Shown here: one piece after another, positions 1 to 14,210 of the stretch | Numbering within the stretch: position 1 is the stretch's first letter | Layout: each line of letters starts with the position of its first letter | Source: Camelus ferus | Taxonomy: Eukaryota | NCBI RefSeq assembly: GCF_009834535.1 | Contig: NC_045707.1 | Location: 46,688,001-46,752,000, forward strand | Reading direction: 5' to 3' | Length of the DNA stretch: 64,000 bases | Notes under the pieces: model-generated | Databases searched by the model: none | The model's input: the letters and a program-made list of their open reading frames with translations, nothing else | Told to the model about the DNA's origin: nothing | Made by a program: the position numbers and the translations under genes

Positions 1-1000
1 GCAAGATGAAAAAAGGTGCTGAGCCCCAAGGGAGAATATATTCGCCAGTTCCCTTTAAAAGTGATCAAGAGGGATAACAGAAATAGGAAGACCTCTGAGA
101 GGACAGAGCCTCTCAAATGAAAAGCAATGGGCTGGAAAGCTACTTATAGGGAACAAAGGTGAGGTTTAATCAAGAACTTCCCCTCTACCCAGGATTTAAG
201 CTCCCTGTAGCATTTCTTGTATGGAATTTTGAAATTGCTTTGGATCTGTGACCACTATATATCTTCTCCCTTCTCAATGGGATTATGAATAGAGGTTGTC
301 CCATCTCTGTTTTCTACCATGGTATAGTAGAAGCATACAGGGCGTACACACAGTAACAGAGAGAGGGTAGATTCCTTTTCGTAGTTTTTAGGCTTCAAGA
401 TCAAGAGGAGTCATATCTAAATATGATGTAGGGACTATTATCAAATCTTTTTTCCCCTCCTTTTTCAGTTTTATTAGGTAGAACTATTACAGTTTGACTG
501 TATAACCAAATCTTGAATAGACTTGTTACTCATAATTAGATGAGACTTTGGGGAATGAATGGGTATGTTTATTTTGTGAATGAAAGGGAGGAAAGAAAAT
601 ATTTTTGACCCTGGGGGTAGATATGGTAGATTGTATTACTGTTTCCAGTTATTTGCTGCTCTCCCTGTTTGAGTTAATTCTTTTACATGACATTGACATT
701 AAGCTTGGCCTTGTGACTTGCTATGGCCCATGAATGTGAGTAGAAATGAAGTATGTCATTTCTTGAGAAGAAGCAGTAAGAACCATCTCCTTGTATGGCC
801 ATGCTCTTTTCTTTCTATTACAGAATGGAAGATCCCAGATAGATGCTCTCTCTTTAGTTTAGATCCAGAAAAAAAGACTCGTGGAACAGAACCACAACCT
901 GTTAACAAACAGTATGTTATGTGAGTTAAAGATAAACTTGTGTTACTATAAGATCTCAATATTTCAGAGTTATTTTGTTGTTGCAGCATAATTAATAATA
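1..1000 (+). mobile_element. MaLR (MLT1-type) internal remnant (1-620) followed by an MLT1 LTR (about 621-1000)
   Basis: Purine-rich internal end 'tgagactttgggga...gggggtaga' directly precedes LTR-like 'tatggtagattg...ccttgtgacttgctatggccc...gttgttgcagca'; recognised from memory of MLT1 consensus. Confidence 0.6.
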
Positions 1001-1024
1001 TGGCATGAATACATTTGTATTTAT

Positions 1025-1601
1025 GTGATTAAAACTATTTCCATTAAAATCAAGAGCAAGACAGGAATGCCCACTATCACCATTACTGTTCAAAATTATC
1101 TGGAGAATCTATTAATTAAATAAACATAAAATACACTGTATAAATATGGAAAAAAGAGCTGAAATTTTCTGCTGATATCACTTCATACCTGCTATCACCA
1201 TGAAGCTCTAATGAAAAAACAAGTAGAAGTAATAAAATAATTCATAAACTAGGTGGATAAAAATAAAGATATAAAATCATTAGCTTTTTCTATATAAGCA
1301 ACACCCATATAAACATGGAAATGAGGAAAATATTCCATTCATAATAGTGACAAAAATCATAAAATAGGAATAAATTATATGAGAAAGGAAGAGGATTTCT
1401 ATAAAATCCTACTGGAGGGAAAAATTTGATCTGAATGACTAGAAATCTATCTATACTATGTTCTTGAAAAGGAATACTTATTATTATAAAAAAATCTATT
1501 CTCCTGAATAGATATAAATTTGGTGTCACTCCAATAGAATCCCAATGATATTTTTTATTGGGTAAAATGCTCAGTTTAGATAAATAAAGAATGGTGGTAT
1601 T
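1025..1601 (+). mobile_element. Ancient L1 (L1M-type) ORF2 fragment, 5' part, interrupted by the younger L1
   Basis: Degenerate RT signature 'aagacaggaatgcccactatcacc' (RQxCPLS); A-rich; continues after 7384. Confidence 0.7.
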
Positions 1602-4600
1602 GGTGGGTGGAAATCAAGACGGTGGAATAGAAGGACATCACCTCCTCCCATAAGTACACCAAAAATGTATCTTCATGTGGAACAGGTATTCTCACAGAAT
1701 ACCTACTGAACTCTGGCGATGATCTCATACAATCAAAACTACAAGAAAGATCACTGTGGGTAAGATGAGGGGGAACAAAGGAACTAGGACAGAATCTGTG
1801 CCCCCAGAAGGGGGCTTGTGAAAGAGAAAAGATCCCTTATCCTGGGAACCTCCTTCACTGGCTGAGAGATCAGCTGGGACACACAGGGAACTTTAGAGGC
1901 TCAGAGAAGAGAGCAGCAGCCAGCTTGCAACGGGCAGAACACAGAGAGACCAGCACAGGTGGTCTGTGCTAACTCCCTGCACTCTCTAGCCTGAGATGTG
2001 CATCTGCTGGCTCATGCTGGGGTTAGGTGCTGAAACTCGGACAGACCTGGGGAGAGGACTCCGGTTGGCTGCGTGGAGACAGCCTGAAGAGGCTAGAGTG
2101 TGGGGCAGGCTCAAACTGGGAGTGTGTGCAATGGAGCCAGGGTTCACCATAAAAAGCCCCATTGTTAACACATGCATGTGAACAGAAGGGCAGGACTCTG
2201 CCACGGCAGCCTCATTCTTGGTGTGCTCATAGTGGGCGTGGCTGTGCCTCTGGACACTCTAGCAGGCTGCTCCTAAGTGGAGGCAGGGCTGAAATCTGAG
2301 CCATGGCATAGGCAGTTTTGGCAGCTTTAAGTGGTTGGTGCATTTGTAAGCTCAGGGCCTGTGGGACATCCTAGCAGATCACTGGTGCATGGCTGGGCAG
2401 GTCCAGCATGGGGAGCTCTGGGTGGAGGCAGGGCTGGGGTCTGGGCTGACTCTTCATCTCCCATAGTGGTCCAGATGGGCAACTACATGCAACTACAGCA
2501 GGTCCTGGTGTCTGACGTCAATAGATCTGAGCTGGTGACTTTGTGAGCATAGTACCTGAAGAACATCCAGGCTGATTGCCTGCATCCCCAAAGCTGAGGC
2601 AGGGCCAAGGGCAATGCTAACAGTATACTTTGTGAGGCCACACAATGCATGAAAGGTGACACCACAGAGTGTATTTCCTGGTGGACAGCTCCCATGGAGG
2701 AATACTCAGTAGCTCCTCTCCCAGCAAAAGTGCTCCAGTCCTGCCTACCCCACACCACAGCTCAGAAATGGGGGGCTTCTACTCCAACAACTGAGCAGCA
2801 GACCCAGCCCCTGACAGGGCTGTGATAACCACAGAGCAAAGAGGAGGCCCCATTCAACATCCACTGCAGGCTCTGGTCACCACAACAATAATCGTACCCC
2901 CTAACAAGGGGATAATGGACAGCACAGAGGAAAGACATGGGAACCATCCATACTAATAACAGCCCTTGCCAAAAAAAATTAGACTCACACAGGCTACACA
3001 GGGATGCTGCCACATAAAAACAGCCCTTTAAGATCACAGTAGATAACTATTACTTCTAAATCCATAGAGTCAGAGAAATATGAGTAAAATTAAAGAGCAG
3101 AGGAACCATTCCCAATTAAAATAACAAGAGAAATCCCCTGAAAGAACAATGAAACAGGTCTCTCCAATCTACCAGATTCTGAGTTCAAAAAGGAGTTAAT
3201 CAAAACTGAAGGAATTAAGGCTATTAGTAGAAATGCAGATCACTGAACCAAGGAACTAGAAACTATAAAGAGAACTCAATTAAAATCAGAGATTCATTTG
3301 CCAAGACAAAAGCTGAGCTAAAGGCAATAAATAGTAAACTAAATAATGCAGAAGAACAAATAAGTAATCTGGAAGATAGAATAATGGAAATCACCCAATG
3401 ATACAAGAAGGGAATATTACCCTCATTAACACACATGCACCCAATATAGGAGCACTTAAATACATAAAACAAATACTGACAGTCATATAGGGAGAAGTTA
3501 ATGGGAATACAATAATTGTAGGAGATTTTAACACCCCACTAACATTAATGGACAAATCTCCAGGACAGAAAATGAATAAGGCAACAGAGATCCTAAATGA
3601 CACAATAGATCTGTTAGACTTAGTTGATATTTTCAGGAGATTATATCCTTGAAAAAAACCAGAATATACATTCTTTTCATGAGCACACGGAACATTCTCT
3701 AGGATAGACCACATACTAAGAAATATGGACTCAACAAAATTAAGAGGATAGAAATTATCTTAAGCATCTTTTCTAACTATAACGGCATGAAACTAGAAAC
3801 CACAGGAAGAGAAATGAGAAAAAAAGCATTGCATGAAGGCTAAACCACATGCTATTTAAAACTCAGTGGGTCAAAGATGAAATCAAAGAGGAAATTAAAA
3901 GATACCTTGAGACAAATGACAATGAAAACATAACTATACAAAATCTATGGGATACAGCAAAAAGCAGTCTTAAGAGGAAAGTTCATAGAGATACAGGCCT
4001 TCCTCAAAAAAACAAGTAAAATCTGAAGTAAACAACCTAACCTACCACCTTTAAAATAATTAGAAAAAGAAGAACAAACAAAACTTAAGGTCAGCAGAAG
4101 AAAGGAAATAAGAAAGATCAGAGAGGAAATAAATAAAATAGAGATTAAAAGAACAACAGAAAAAAATCAATCAAACCAAGAGCTGGTTTTTTTGAAAGGG
4201 TAAACAAAATCAACAAACCTCTGGTCAGGCTCACCAAGAAGAGAGGACTCAAATAAATAAAATAAGAAAAGAAAGATTCAGGAGAAATTGCAACTGATAC
4301 TACAGAAATACAAAAAACTGTAACAGAATACTATGATTAATCATATGTCAACAAACTGGACAACCTAGAAGAAATGGACAAGTTTCTACAAACATACAGT
4401 CCACCAAAACTGAATCAAGAAGAAATAGATAACTTGAACAGACCAATCACTAGAAGTGAAACAAATCTGTAATTAAAAACTCACTACAGACAAAAGTCCA
4501 GGACCAAATGGCTTCACTGGGAAATTTTACCAAACATACAAAGAACTTATACCAATCCCTTCTCAAACTTTTCCAAAAGACTAAAGAGGAGGCAACACTC

Positions 4601-7371
4601 CCAAACTCATTCTGTGAAGCCACCATCACCCTGATACCAAAACCAAAGATACCACCAAAAAAGAAAATTACAGGCCAATATCTTTGATGAACTTAGATGC
4701 AAAAATTCTCAACAAAATATTAGCAAACCAAATCCAACAACACATAAAAAAGATCATACACTATGATCAAGTTGGATTCATCCTTGGGTCACAAGGATGG
4801 TTCAAAATACACAAATCAATCAATGTGACATACCACATCAAAAAGAAAGGACAAAAACCACATGATCATCTCAACAGATGCAGAAAATGCATTTGATAAA
4901 ACTCCATATCTTTTCATGATTTTAAAAACTCTTACCAAAGTGGGTATAGAAGGAACATATCTCAACATATTAAAGGCTACTTATGACAAACCCACAGCCA
5001 ACTGAATTGTGAAAAGTTGAAAGCCTTCCTGCTGAAATCTGGAACAAGACAAGGATGCCCACTCTCATCACTTCTATTCAACATAGTACTGGAAGTCCTA
5101 GCCATAGAAGTTAGACAAGAAAAAGATATAAAGAGATCCAAATTGGAAGGGAAGAGGTAAAATTGCCACTCTATGCAGATGATGTGATACTGTATACAGA
5201 AAACCCTATAGACTCCACACCAAAACTACTGGTGCTGTTAAACAAATTCAGGAAGGTAGCAGGATACAAGATTAACATACAGAACTCTGTTGCATTTCTT
5301 TACACTAAGAATGAAATATCAGAAAAGGAAAGTTACAAAAATCCCTTTTAAAATCACATCAAAGAAGAAAATAAAATACTTAAGAATAAACCTGATCAAG
5401 ATGAAAAGACTTATATGCTGAGAACTATAAAGTACTGATAAAGTAAACTGAAGATGATTTTAAGAAATGCAAAGACAGTCCAGGCTCTTGGATTGGAATA
5501 ATTAATACTGTTAAAATGGCCATACTGACCAAAGTAATCTACATATTTAATGTGATCCCTATCAAATTACCCAGGACATTTTTCATAGAACCAGAACAAA
5601 TAATCCTAAAATTTATATGGAATCACAAAGACCCAGAATTACCAAAGCAATACTAAAGAAAAAGAACAAAGCTGGAGGAATAACCCTCCCAGACTTTAGA
5701 CAATACTACAGAGCTACAGTATAAAAACAAGTGGTATTGGCACAAAAAAAGACATATAGATCAATGGAATAGAATAGAGAGATAATAAAACCAGAAATAT
5801 ACCCTCACATCTACAGTCAATTAATCTTCGACAAAGGAGGCAAGAATATACAATGGAGAAAAGACAGCCTCTTCAGCAAGTGGTGTTGGGAAAGTTGGAC
5901 AGCCAGATATAAATCAATGAAGTTAGAATGCTCCCTCACACCAGACACAAAATAAACTCAAAATAGCTTAAAGACTTAAACTTAAGACAGGACACGATAA
6001 ATCTCCTAAAAGAGAACATAGGCAAAACATTCTCTGTCATCAATTGTAGCCATGTTTTCCTAGGTCAGTTTACCAAGGCAATAGAAATAAAAGTGAAAGT
6101 AAACAAATGAGACCTAATTAAGCTTATAAGCTTTTGTGTAGCAAAGGAAACCATAAACAAAACAAGACAACCTATGGACTGGGAAAACATATTTGCAAAC
6201 TATGTGACTGACAAGGGCTTTACTTCCAGAATATACAAGCAGTTCATACAACTCAATAACAAAAAAACAAACAACCCAATCCAAAAACGGGCAGAAGACC
6301 TACATAAACACTTCTCCAAAGAAGACATACAGATGGCCAATAGCCACATGAAAGGATGTGCAACATCACTATCAGAGAAATGTAAATCAAAACTACAATA
6401 AGGTATTGCCTCACACCAGTCAGAATGGCCATCATTAAAAAGTCCACAAATGATAAACGCTGTAAAGGGTGTGGAGAAAAGGGACCCCTCCTTCCTACAC
6501 TGTTGGTGAGAATGTAATTTGGTACAACCACTATGGAAACAGTATGGAGGTTCCTTAAAAAATTAAAAATAGAGTTATCATCTGATCCAGTAATCCCACT
6601 CCTGGGCATGCGTCCAAAGAATACTCCAGTTTGAAAAAATACACATATCCAAATATTCATAGCAGAACTATTTACAATAGCCAAGACATGGAAACAATCT
6701 AAATGTTCGTTGACAGATGACTAGATAAAGAGGTTTTGTGTGTGTGTGTGTGTGTGTGTACACCAAGGCACGCACACACACACACACCCACAATGGAATA
6801 TTACTCAGCCATAAAAAAGAATGAAATAACGCCATCTGCAGCAATTTGGATGGACCTAGAGATTATCAAACTAAGTGAAGAGAAAGACAAATATTAAATG
6901 ATATCACTTAAATGTGAAATCTTAAAAAAGGTATCAATGAATTTATATATAAAACAAACAGACTCACAGACATAGAAAACAAACTTTACCAAAGTGGAAA
7001 GGGTAGGAGAGAGGTAAATTAGGAGTTTGGGATTAGCAGATACAAACTATTATATACAAAACAGATAGACAACAAGGTCCTACTACAATGAAAAAGAATA
7101 GATATATATGTATAATTGAATCACTATGCTGTACACCAGAAATTGACACAACATGTAAATCAACTATACTTCAATTAAAAAAGATACAAACTACTATATA
7201 TAAAATAGATAAACAGCAAGATCCTACTGTATAGCAAAGGAAACTATATTCAATATCTTATAATGACCTATAATGAAAAAAGAATATGAAAAAGAATGTA
7301 TATGACTAAATCACTATGCTTTACAACAGAAACTAACACAACACTGTAAATCAGCTATATTTCAAAACAAA
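1602..7371 (+). mobile_element. Full-length-origin LINE-1, inactive: 5' UTR, truncated ORF1, internal deletion, disrupted ORF2, doubled 3' tail
   Basis: TSD aatggtggtatt at 1590-1601 and 7372-7383; 5' end 'tcaagacggtgg' (decayed YY1 site); ORF1 starts about 3080; ORF2 motifs HAPNIG (about 3434), RQGCPLS (about 5047), YADD (about 5172); many stops and frameshifts. Confidence 0.95.
6737..6790. repeat. (TG)n followed by (CA)n microsatellite inside the L1
   Basis: Directly visible. Confidence 0.9.
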
Positions 7372-7383
7372 AATGGTGGTATT

Positions 7384-9140
7384 AAAATACTAAATTAAAA
7401 CTACTGAAAAGCCATTATAATTTTTTAAAAGTACAGTAGTGGCATAGGATGGTACAAAAAATTAGTAAAAATTAATAGAGAACTTAGATATGTGTGTGTG
7501 TGTATTTTATTGTGGAGAAATGTAATTAACAGTCTCATCACAATTGGATATATTCCTTGAAGAAAATAAATTTGGAACCCCTAGTTTACATTAATTTCAA
7601 AAATAAATTCCTGATGTATCAAAGAGTAGAAAGTGAAAATAAATCAATAATTAAAATTTTAGAAAAAAATAGAATACTTTCAATGCACTTATTCACTGGA
7701 GAAATCTTTCTAAGACAGGACTATGTGAGATACACATACACACATAAATATTGCACACATACACAGATCAAATTTTAAGGTATTTGTAATGCAAGAGATA
7801 CAAACTCAAAGTCACTAGGCAAACAATTTAGGGAAAATATTTTGAATTCAAATAATAGATTAAAAACTATACAATATTTATACTATACGAAAAACTTACA
7901 ATTTAATAAGATAACGACGTTCAATCCAATAGCAAAATGGGTTGGGGCCATGAATAGGCAATTGAGAGAAAAGCAAGTATAGTATAATGTTCAACCTTCC
8001 CCCAACAGACAGAGAAATGAACATTAAAACTGCCATGATGATACCCGTCAGAGTGGCAAAAATAAAACTGAAATAGCACCTATTATTAGCAGAGGTGGGA
8101 GGCAAGGCAGGGCACTCTCACATACCACTGGTGGAAATGAGAAAAGGAAATTCATGATCTCTATTAAAAATTTAAATGCATATACAATTCAACCTGGCAG
8201 TCCCACCCCTGGGATTCTATGCTGTGGAATAAATGCTCTAGTATTTAACTATATGTATTCAAGGATGATTATGGCAGCATTATTTTCAGTAATAGAAAGC
8301 TGGTAGCAAATCAAAAGTCCATTAATAAAAGAATAGCCGAATGAATTATGATAATCCTTACAGTAGAATATTATGCAAGAATTAAAAATTAATGATCTAT
8401 ACTACTTGACCTGGGGAAATACCCCTTACATGTTGTTAAGATACAGAAAATTATATATCCCTAATCCCTCTAAAAATGCCCTCTTGAACCTTACGTGTTA
8501 TATGTGTACGTAAAAATATACCTACGTGTACATAACACATAATAAAAGTTATGTGGAAGGATGGTCATTGAAATGCTAATAGTTGTCCTCTCAGAAAGGT
8601 GGATTTCAGGTGATTTTTACTTGTTTCCCCAATGTACTGTTTGATTTTTGTTGTTGTTTTGGGCAATGAATATGTTCAATTTATAGCAGAAGAAAAAAGA
8701 AAGACTTTTCCTCATTGTGGAGAGGAAAAAATTGGACAAATGCTTAAGCTGTATGCCTAAGTAAGGATACCTCATTTATTATTTACAAACAGGAACATCC
8801 TGTAAAAAAATATATCTTAAATTAGGTTTGGGTTAAATAAATTATGATCCAGCTATGAAAATACTACAAAGTAGTCATTTAAAATTATATTGATGTATAA
8901 AATATTCATGTTTTATTGTTAATAGAAAAGCAAAACTATTAAAAAGAACAAAGAGCATACCATTTGGGAGGAAAATATATTTCATGTGTATATGTCTATT
9001 TATATGTACATATATAAATACATACATTTACACAAAGAAATTATATAGAAACATTTTGAAGGCGATACATCAAAACATATTAACAGGGTTTATCACCTGC
9101 TGTCAGGCTTTTATTTTCTCACCTCTATTTTCCAATCTTC
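7384..9140 (+). mobile_element. Ancient L1 (L1M-type) ORF2 3' part and 3' UTR, continuation of 1025-1601
   Basis: Degenerate L1 3' motifs: 'tcaatccaatagcaaaatggg', 'ataccactggtggaaatg', 'gcagtcccacccctgggattctat'. Confidence 0.7.
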
Positions 9141-10469
9141 CCCTATTATATCATGTGTGCTTATGTCAACAAAGAAAGTGCTGAACTCTGCTTTCCTCTT
9201 TCCATCGTCCTTCCCCAGTATGAGCTGGCTGTTCCTCAGTCCCAAGGAGGAAGAGGAATTACCCAGAGGACAGAACATGGTTGGGACATCTCCCAGACAC
9301 CCCTTGATGTAAGCACGCAATCAAGCGGTTCAGACCCAGACCCCCAGTGAGTCTGAGTTGGTATCACTTTTGGGGAGTGTGCCTTCTCCATCTCTGTCAT
9401 TTATGCTTCAGTGACATGGACAAAAACATAGAAGAGGACAGATAAGCCTCCCAGAGTAACCAGGTATCCTGTGTGGAGGCCCCAGCTTTGTGGATCGACA
9501 ACAGCTGACCATGTCTCGGGGGAGGCTAGGCTAGAAGTATGACGTGGGAAAGTTTGTGGGAAGCCAGGGCAGGAATTGGGTCTAAAGAAAAAGGCTGAGG
9601 CAAGGAGAGACAGTCAGCCCCAGATGGGGTAAGGGTAGTGTTTCCTCAAGGCAGAGATGCGAAAGGGGGAACCGTTTTATAGGGGCTTTGGGGTGTGTCG
9701 GAGTCCCTGAGTGCTTTAAAAGGCTACACTCACGCAGAAGCAGCAGTTCTTGGTTGTTAATACAGAACATACTACTTTAAACATTTACTGTGTATTTATT
9801 TTTCAGTAACACCTAATCTCGTCTCTTTCATTCTAATAGCTTTCAAACTTTTGAACTGAGACCCACAGAGAGAAATGTTTGAACTCAGAACCCATCACAT
9901 GCATCTATTCATTCTTAACTGAAATCCAAGTTCAAAAACCAACGTTTATTGTTATTACACATGATACTCTCTGATACCCGCCTTCCCTTGTGTTCACTTC
10001 CCCTCCCTTTTCTTTCATTTATAAAGATGCTGGTTTTGACCCACCACCTGGATTCCTTGTCTTACTAATGAATTGTCATCTGCAGATTGAAAACACTTTT
10101 GAGTTCTGGTCAGGGGTTCAGCCACCGTTCTGTGCAACGCAGCTTCTTCTAAACTGCTGTGCCCACCCCCAGCACAAGCACCGAAGCTCTTCCCACTCCT
10201 CCAGCAAACCCTCTGTCTCACCACCCCCCGCCTCTAATGACCCCCTCCCCCTCAGCCCATCCTCCCACTTCACTTTTACCTGATCTCTCAGTTCGAGAGA
10301 GATGGAACAAAAAAGCATTTCCCCAATCATGGCAAACACATCCATCCAATATGATTTTAGGGACACACCAATAAACATTTTTCTTTTACCAGTTACATCC
10401 TTCTTTTTTCCAATTGCCTTCTAGTCATAATAAATAATGCTTATCTTCTCTTTATAATAATTAAAGCTA

Positions 10470-10680
10470 AGAACAGTTAAATTTTATTCAACATTTACCA
10501 CATCAGGCGCTGTTTAAAGAGCTTTATATGTATGGACTTGCTTAATCTCCATTACAATCCTATGAAGCAGTTACTATTGTTATCATCATTTTACAGATGA
10601 AAAAAATTGAGGCACAGAGAGATTAAGCACTTGCTTAAGATCACAGAGCTGGTAAATGGAGGAACCAGGAGATTTAGCTC
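10470..10680 (-). mobile_element. MIR SINE
   Basis: Core 'attttacagatgaaaaaaattgaggcacagagag'. Confidence 0.85.
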
Positions 10681-10704
10681 CTCAGAAGAAACAACTCTAG
10701 CAAC

Positions 10705-11050
10705 AGTCTGAATTCAAGTCCTAGCTCTACCACTTTCTAGCTGTGAGACCTTAGGTGAGTTATTTAACCTATTTGGGCCTCAGTTTCCTCAGAGAATCAA
10801 ACATACCACCAATTTAAATGCAACTAAGAAAGAATTAAAAATGTAAATTAAGAATTATATGCTTTCTTATCAATTATGTGATGCATTCTGATAACAAATA
10901 ATGTTAAAATATGAAAGAAAACAATGAACATCTTAGAAACAGTAAAATACCCTAATACTACCTACCTTGTAGGGTTGCCAAGAAGAGTAAATGAATCAAA
11001 GGTTTATTCTGGTGCCTGGCACATAGGCAGTCCTTAATAAATGCTAGCTA
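10705..11050 (+). mobile_element. MIR SINE split by a small Tc2/MER104-like DNA element (about 10790-10950)
   Basis: 'ttcaagtcctagctctaccact...cctcagtttcctc' resumes at 'taatactacctaccttgtagggttg'; insert ends 'tcttagaaacagtaaaatac'. Confidence 0.65.
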
Positions 11051-13184
11051 TTCCAGCTGTTAAAATGATTGTGTCTGCTTACTAGATAAGGAAACTGAGG
11101 AACAGAGAGATTAAACTCCTGTTCTCAGGTCACTGGGTAGGAAACTGGTGGTGCACAGATTTAGCTGAAGTTGTGGACTCTCCGGCTGGCTCAGGCCGCC
11201 TCTCTCTCAGTCGGTGAGGCCCGCCCTGGGGGGAAGGCTGCATCACTGGGCCTTCCCTTCCTCTAAGTGCCTTAATCAAGGACGACTGGGCCCACTGGCT
11301 TCAGGGTCTCCAGATGGTCTTTGCCTTTCTTGTTTGAAAGAGTCCTGAGAGTCATAGTAATGCACCACACTGCTCACACTTCCAGGGAGGTGCCTAGTCT
11401 TTCTGACTCAAAGCAAAGTACCAAATGCATAAGTGCCCATTTCACTTAAGGCCTTCACTCCCACTTTCTACAGACACTCAGATGTGGCCAGAAATAGTCC
11501 AAACCCTATAATCTTTCATACAGTTGAGATAAGTTAAGTGGGTAGTGCTTCTTCATAATTCCTCTTCCAAGCACTTAACACTGATGTATCTCCCTCCCTT
11601 TTTCGCTCGCAGAATAGATGTTTGGAAAAAATGTCGTTTGTGAAGAAGGAAAAAAATGACTAAAATGTGGATTTCCACTCCTACCCTCATAGAAAAGCTC
11701 TTGGAGCTACTGTTAATGCTCTCTCCAGTGGCTATGTCTCTATTAAACACACGCATGCACACAGGTGCACACACACCACACATCACACACACCACACACG
11801 CATGCATACTCCCACTTTCACTATTCACACGAACATTTTCTTCACACAAATTCTCTAACTTGTATTTTTAAACATTTTTGCTTCATAGCCACAGCTTTGA
11901 GGTAATTATTTCACATTTTTAAATGTATATCAGAAGTGGCATTTGCATGTGTCTGGCAGTGGGTTTGGGGGAAGCGATTCAGAAAGGGCTAATTTGCTAA
12001 TAGCTAGAAGACAGAGCCTTGAGACGCCTGCTTAATTTGGGGTTCTTGGCAGGCTGTTCTGGAAGGAAAACCATCCTCTGAGAAGATGGGTTAGCACTGA
12101 CTTCCACACCTAAGGACAAAGGCTTTCTTGTAGAGAGAGCACTAGGTCCTGGGTGATGTCTTAGTACAGACATTTCATATTGGAACAAAGGTTACAGCTG
12201 ACACTATTAATTGCAGCCTTTTCCAGATAATTACTTTCTCTTTTACCCTGTTGGGACTGCTTATGTTCTCAAGAAAAAGCTTCCTGGGGTGAGCTTTTCT
12301 TACTTGTCATCCTCTTTTGTCTTCAGCGAGAGCACAAAAGTGAGACAGGGTGCAGCCCAGTCACACAACTGCTTTCTCCTGCCTTGTCATCTGGGACATG
12401 TCTGAGGGCACTTTGGAACTGAGAACTGTCCTCCAGAGACAAGGGAGGAGAGCACACCCATGGGAAACTGGATGTTGAGTGTTGCCTGCAGCCCCCTGGG
12501 ACTTGTGAATTTTAATACTTTGAACCACGACCCTTCCTGAGGGTCCTCCATTCTTTTTCTCTCAGGCCGAACCCCTCCCTGGTGCCCTCTTGTAGTCAAC
12601 TACCCTTTGTTCTTGACTGTTGTTTATAGCCCACCAAGAGCCTAAGGCACTAATTCTTTGGCTATTTCCTTTAAACTGCAAGACAGGCTTTCCAGCTTCC
12701 AGGTCAAGTGGTTCTTCTTAGAGTCTCAGCCTGAGGCGGCTACCTCCTGCTGTGATCAGGGCAAGCTCACTCCCCAATACAAGGAATCATCAGCTACACC
12801 ACCTTTTGGAGGAGAGGTCCAGTGCCCCCTCCTGATCCCAGAAAGAGGGTATGACATTTTTTCCAATGCAAAAGAATATTTTAGTTGCCTTACAGAGCCA
12901 AATCTAAAAGTGTCCCCAAAGAGGAAATTAAACCCTAAGGTCAACTTTTAGTCTCCACCCACAAAGGCACCATTTTAATGGAATATTTTCCAACTTCAAA
13001 ATTCTGAAGATCCAATCCACCCCAGGAACCCCTGTTTCATATATATTTTACAATGATTGAATAAAAGTTTGTTAAAAACTAATATTTTTTACTTAATATG
13101 TTATCTGTACTTTTCTCATTATCTAATATTTTTCTACTTTTTGATTTTATGACTTTATGCACCATTTAGTGTTCAATTGCATGG

Positions 13185-14210
13185 TAGATCAGCCTGACTG
13201 GGTTAGGCTGCAGTAACAAACACCCCCAAAATCACAGTGCCATGAAACAACAATGCTTAATTTCTTGCTCATTCTGTTAGTGCAGGCAGATAGCTAGATA
13301 TGAGCAGAGAAAGAGGGACATAGACCAAATGGCAGGAATTGGGCAGAAAGGAGGGGCACAAGCCAAATGCAGGAAACAATACATGATGTAAGCACCAGGG
13401 GTCCCTGGGCAGAGAAAGAAAAGCAGGAACCTTTGGGCTGATAAGGGGTCATACATTTTGGGGTGATGAGTAGTCTGGAGACCAACAAAGAAAGGTGAGA
13501 AAAGGCAGGAATTTCCAGGGTCTGAATGTAACCTTTTGCTCATTATGCCCTCATTTCAATAAAATTAGCCTTGCAGATCAGAAGTAACCATCATGCACTG
13601 AAGCCATGACACTTCAGATCCAGACTAAATAAGGACAAAAATCCCTCCTCCCTTTGGGAAGGTGGAGTTGAGATGATAATCAAGTAATAAGACCCCCAAC
13701 CTTTCCCTCCCCAATGAATAGTCCACCCATCCATTTTTACACCCTATATGACTAACTTGCCAAAGAAACACAGGGCAGCCACTCACCTGAGCCTGCCCAC
13801 TCTCCCCTTGAGTGTACTATCCATCCTTTAAAAAATTCTCACTTTATTTTTTAACCACCATGTCTTGTCTCTGAATTCTTTCTGGGGCAGAACAAGAACT
13901 GGAACACCAGTTGCATCCACCGGCAACAATTCTATGTGTCTATTGTGGGTCAACTTGAGGCTCTGTTCCATATCGTTCTTACTCTAGGACCAGGCAGAAG
14001 GAAAACTGACCAGGGAAAATTACACAATGGTCCTTAAAATTTCTGCCTGAAAGCATCACGTTATTTGCTCTTTCTGTTATTTACATTTCCTTAGCTAAAG
14101 CTAGCCACATGGCCTCCCTTAACATAAAGTGGGCAAAGAAATATAATCCTGCCATGTGGACAGAAGAAAAGCTGGAAACATTTTGCGGATAGCAATAATA
14201 ATGACCATAA
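13185..14210 (-). mobile_element. Old MLT1-type LTR interrupted by the ERV1 solo LTR
   Basis: 'ggttaggctgcagtaacaaac...ttcttgctcattc' continues after 13932 through 'ctagccacatggcctccc'. Confidence 0.55.
13275..13928 (+). mobile_element. ERV1-class solo LTR, 654 bp
   Basis: TG...CA termini (tgttag...gcaaca) with a 4-bp TSD attc at 13271-74 and 13929-32. Confidence 0.85.
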
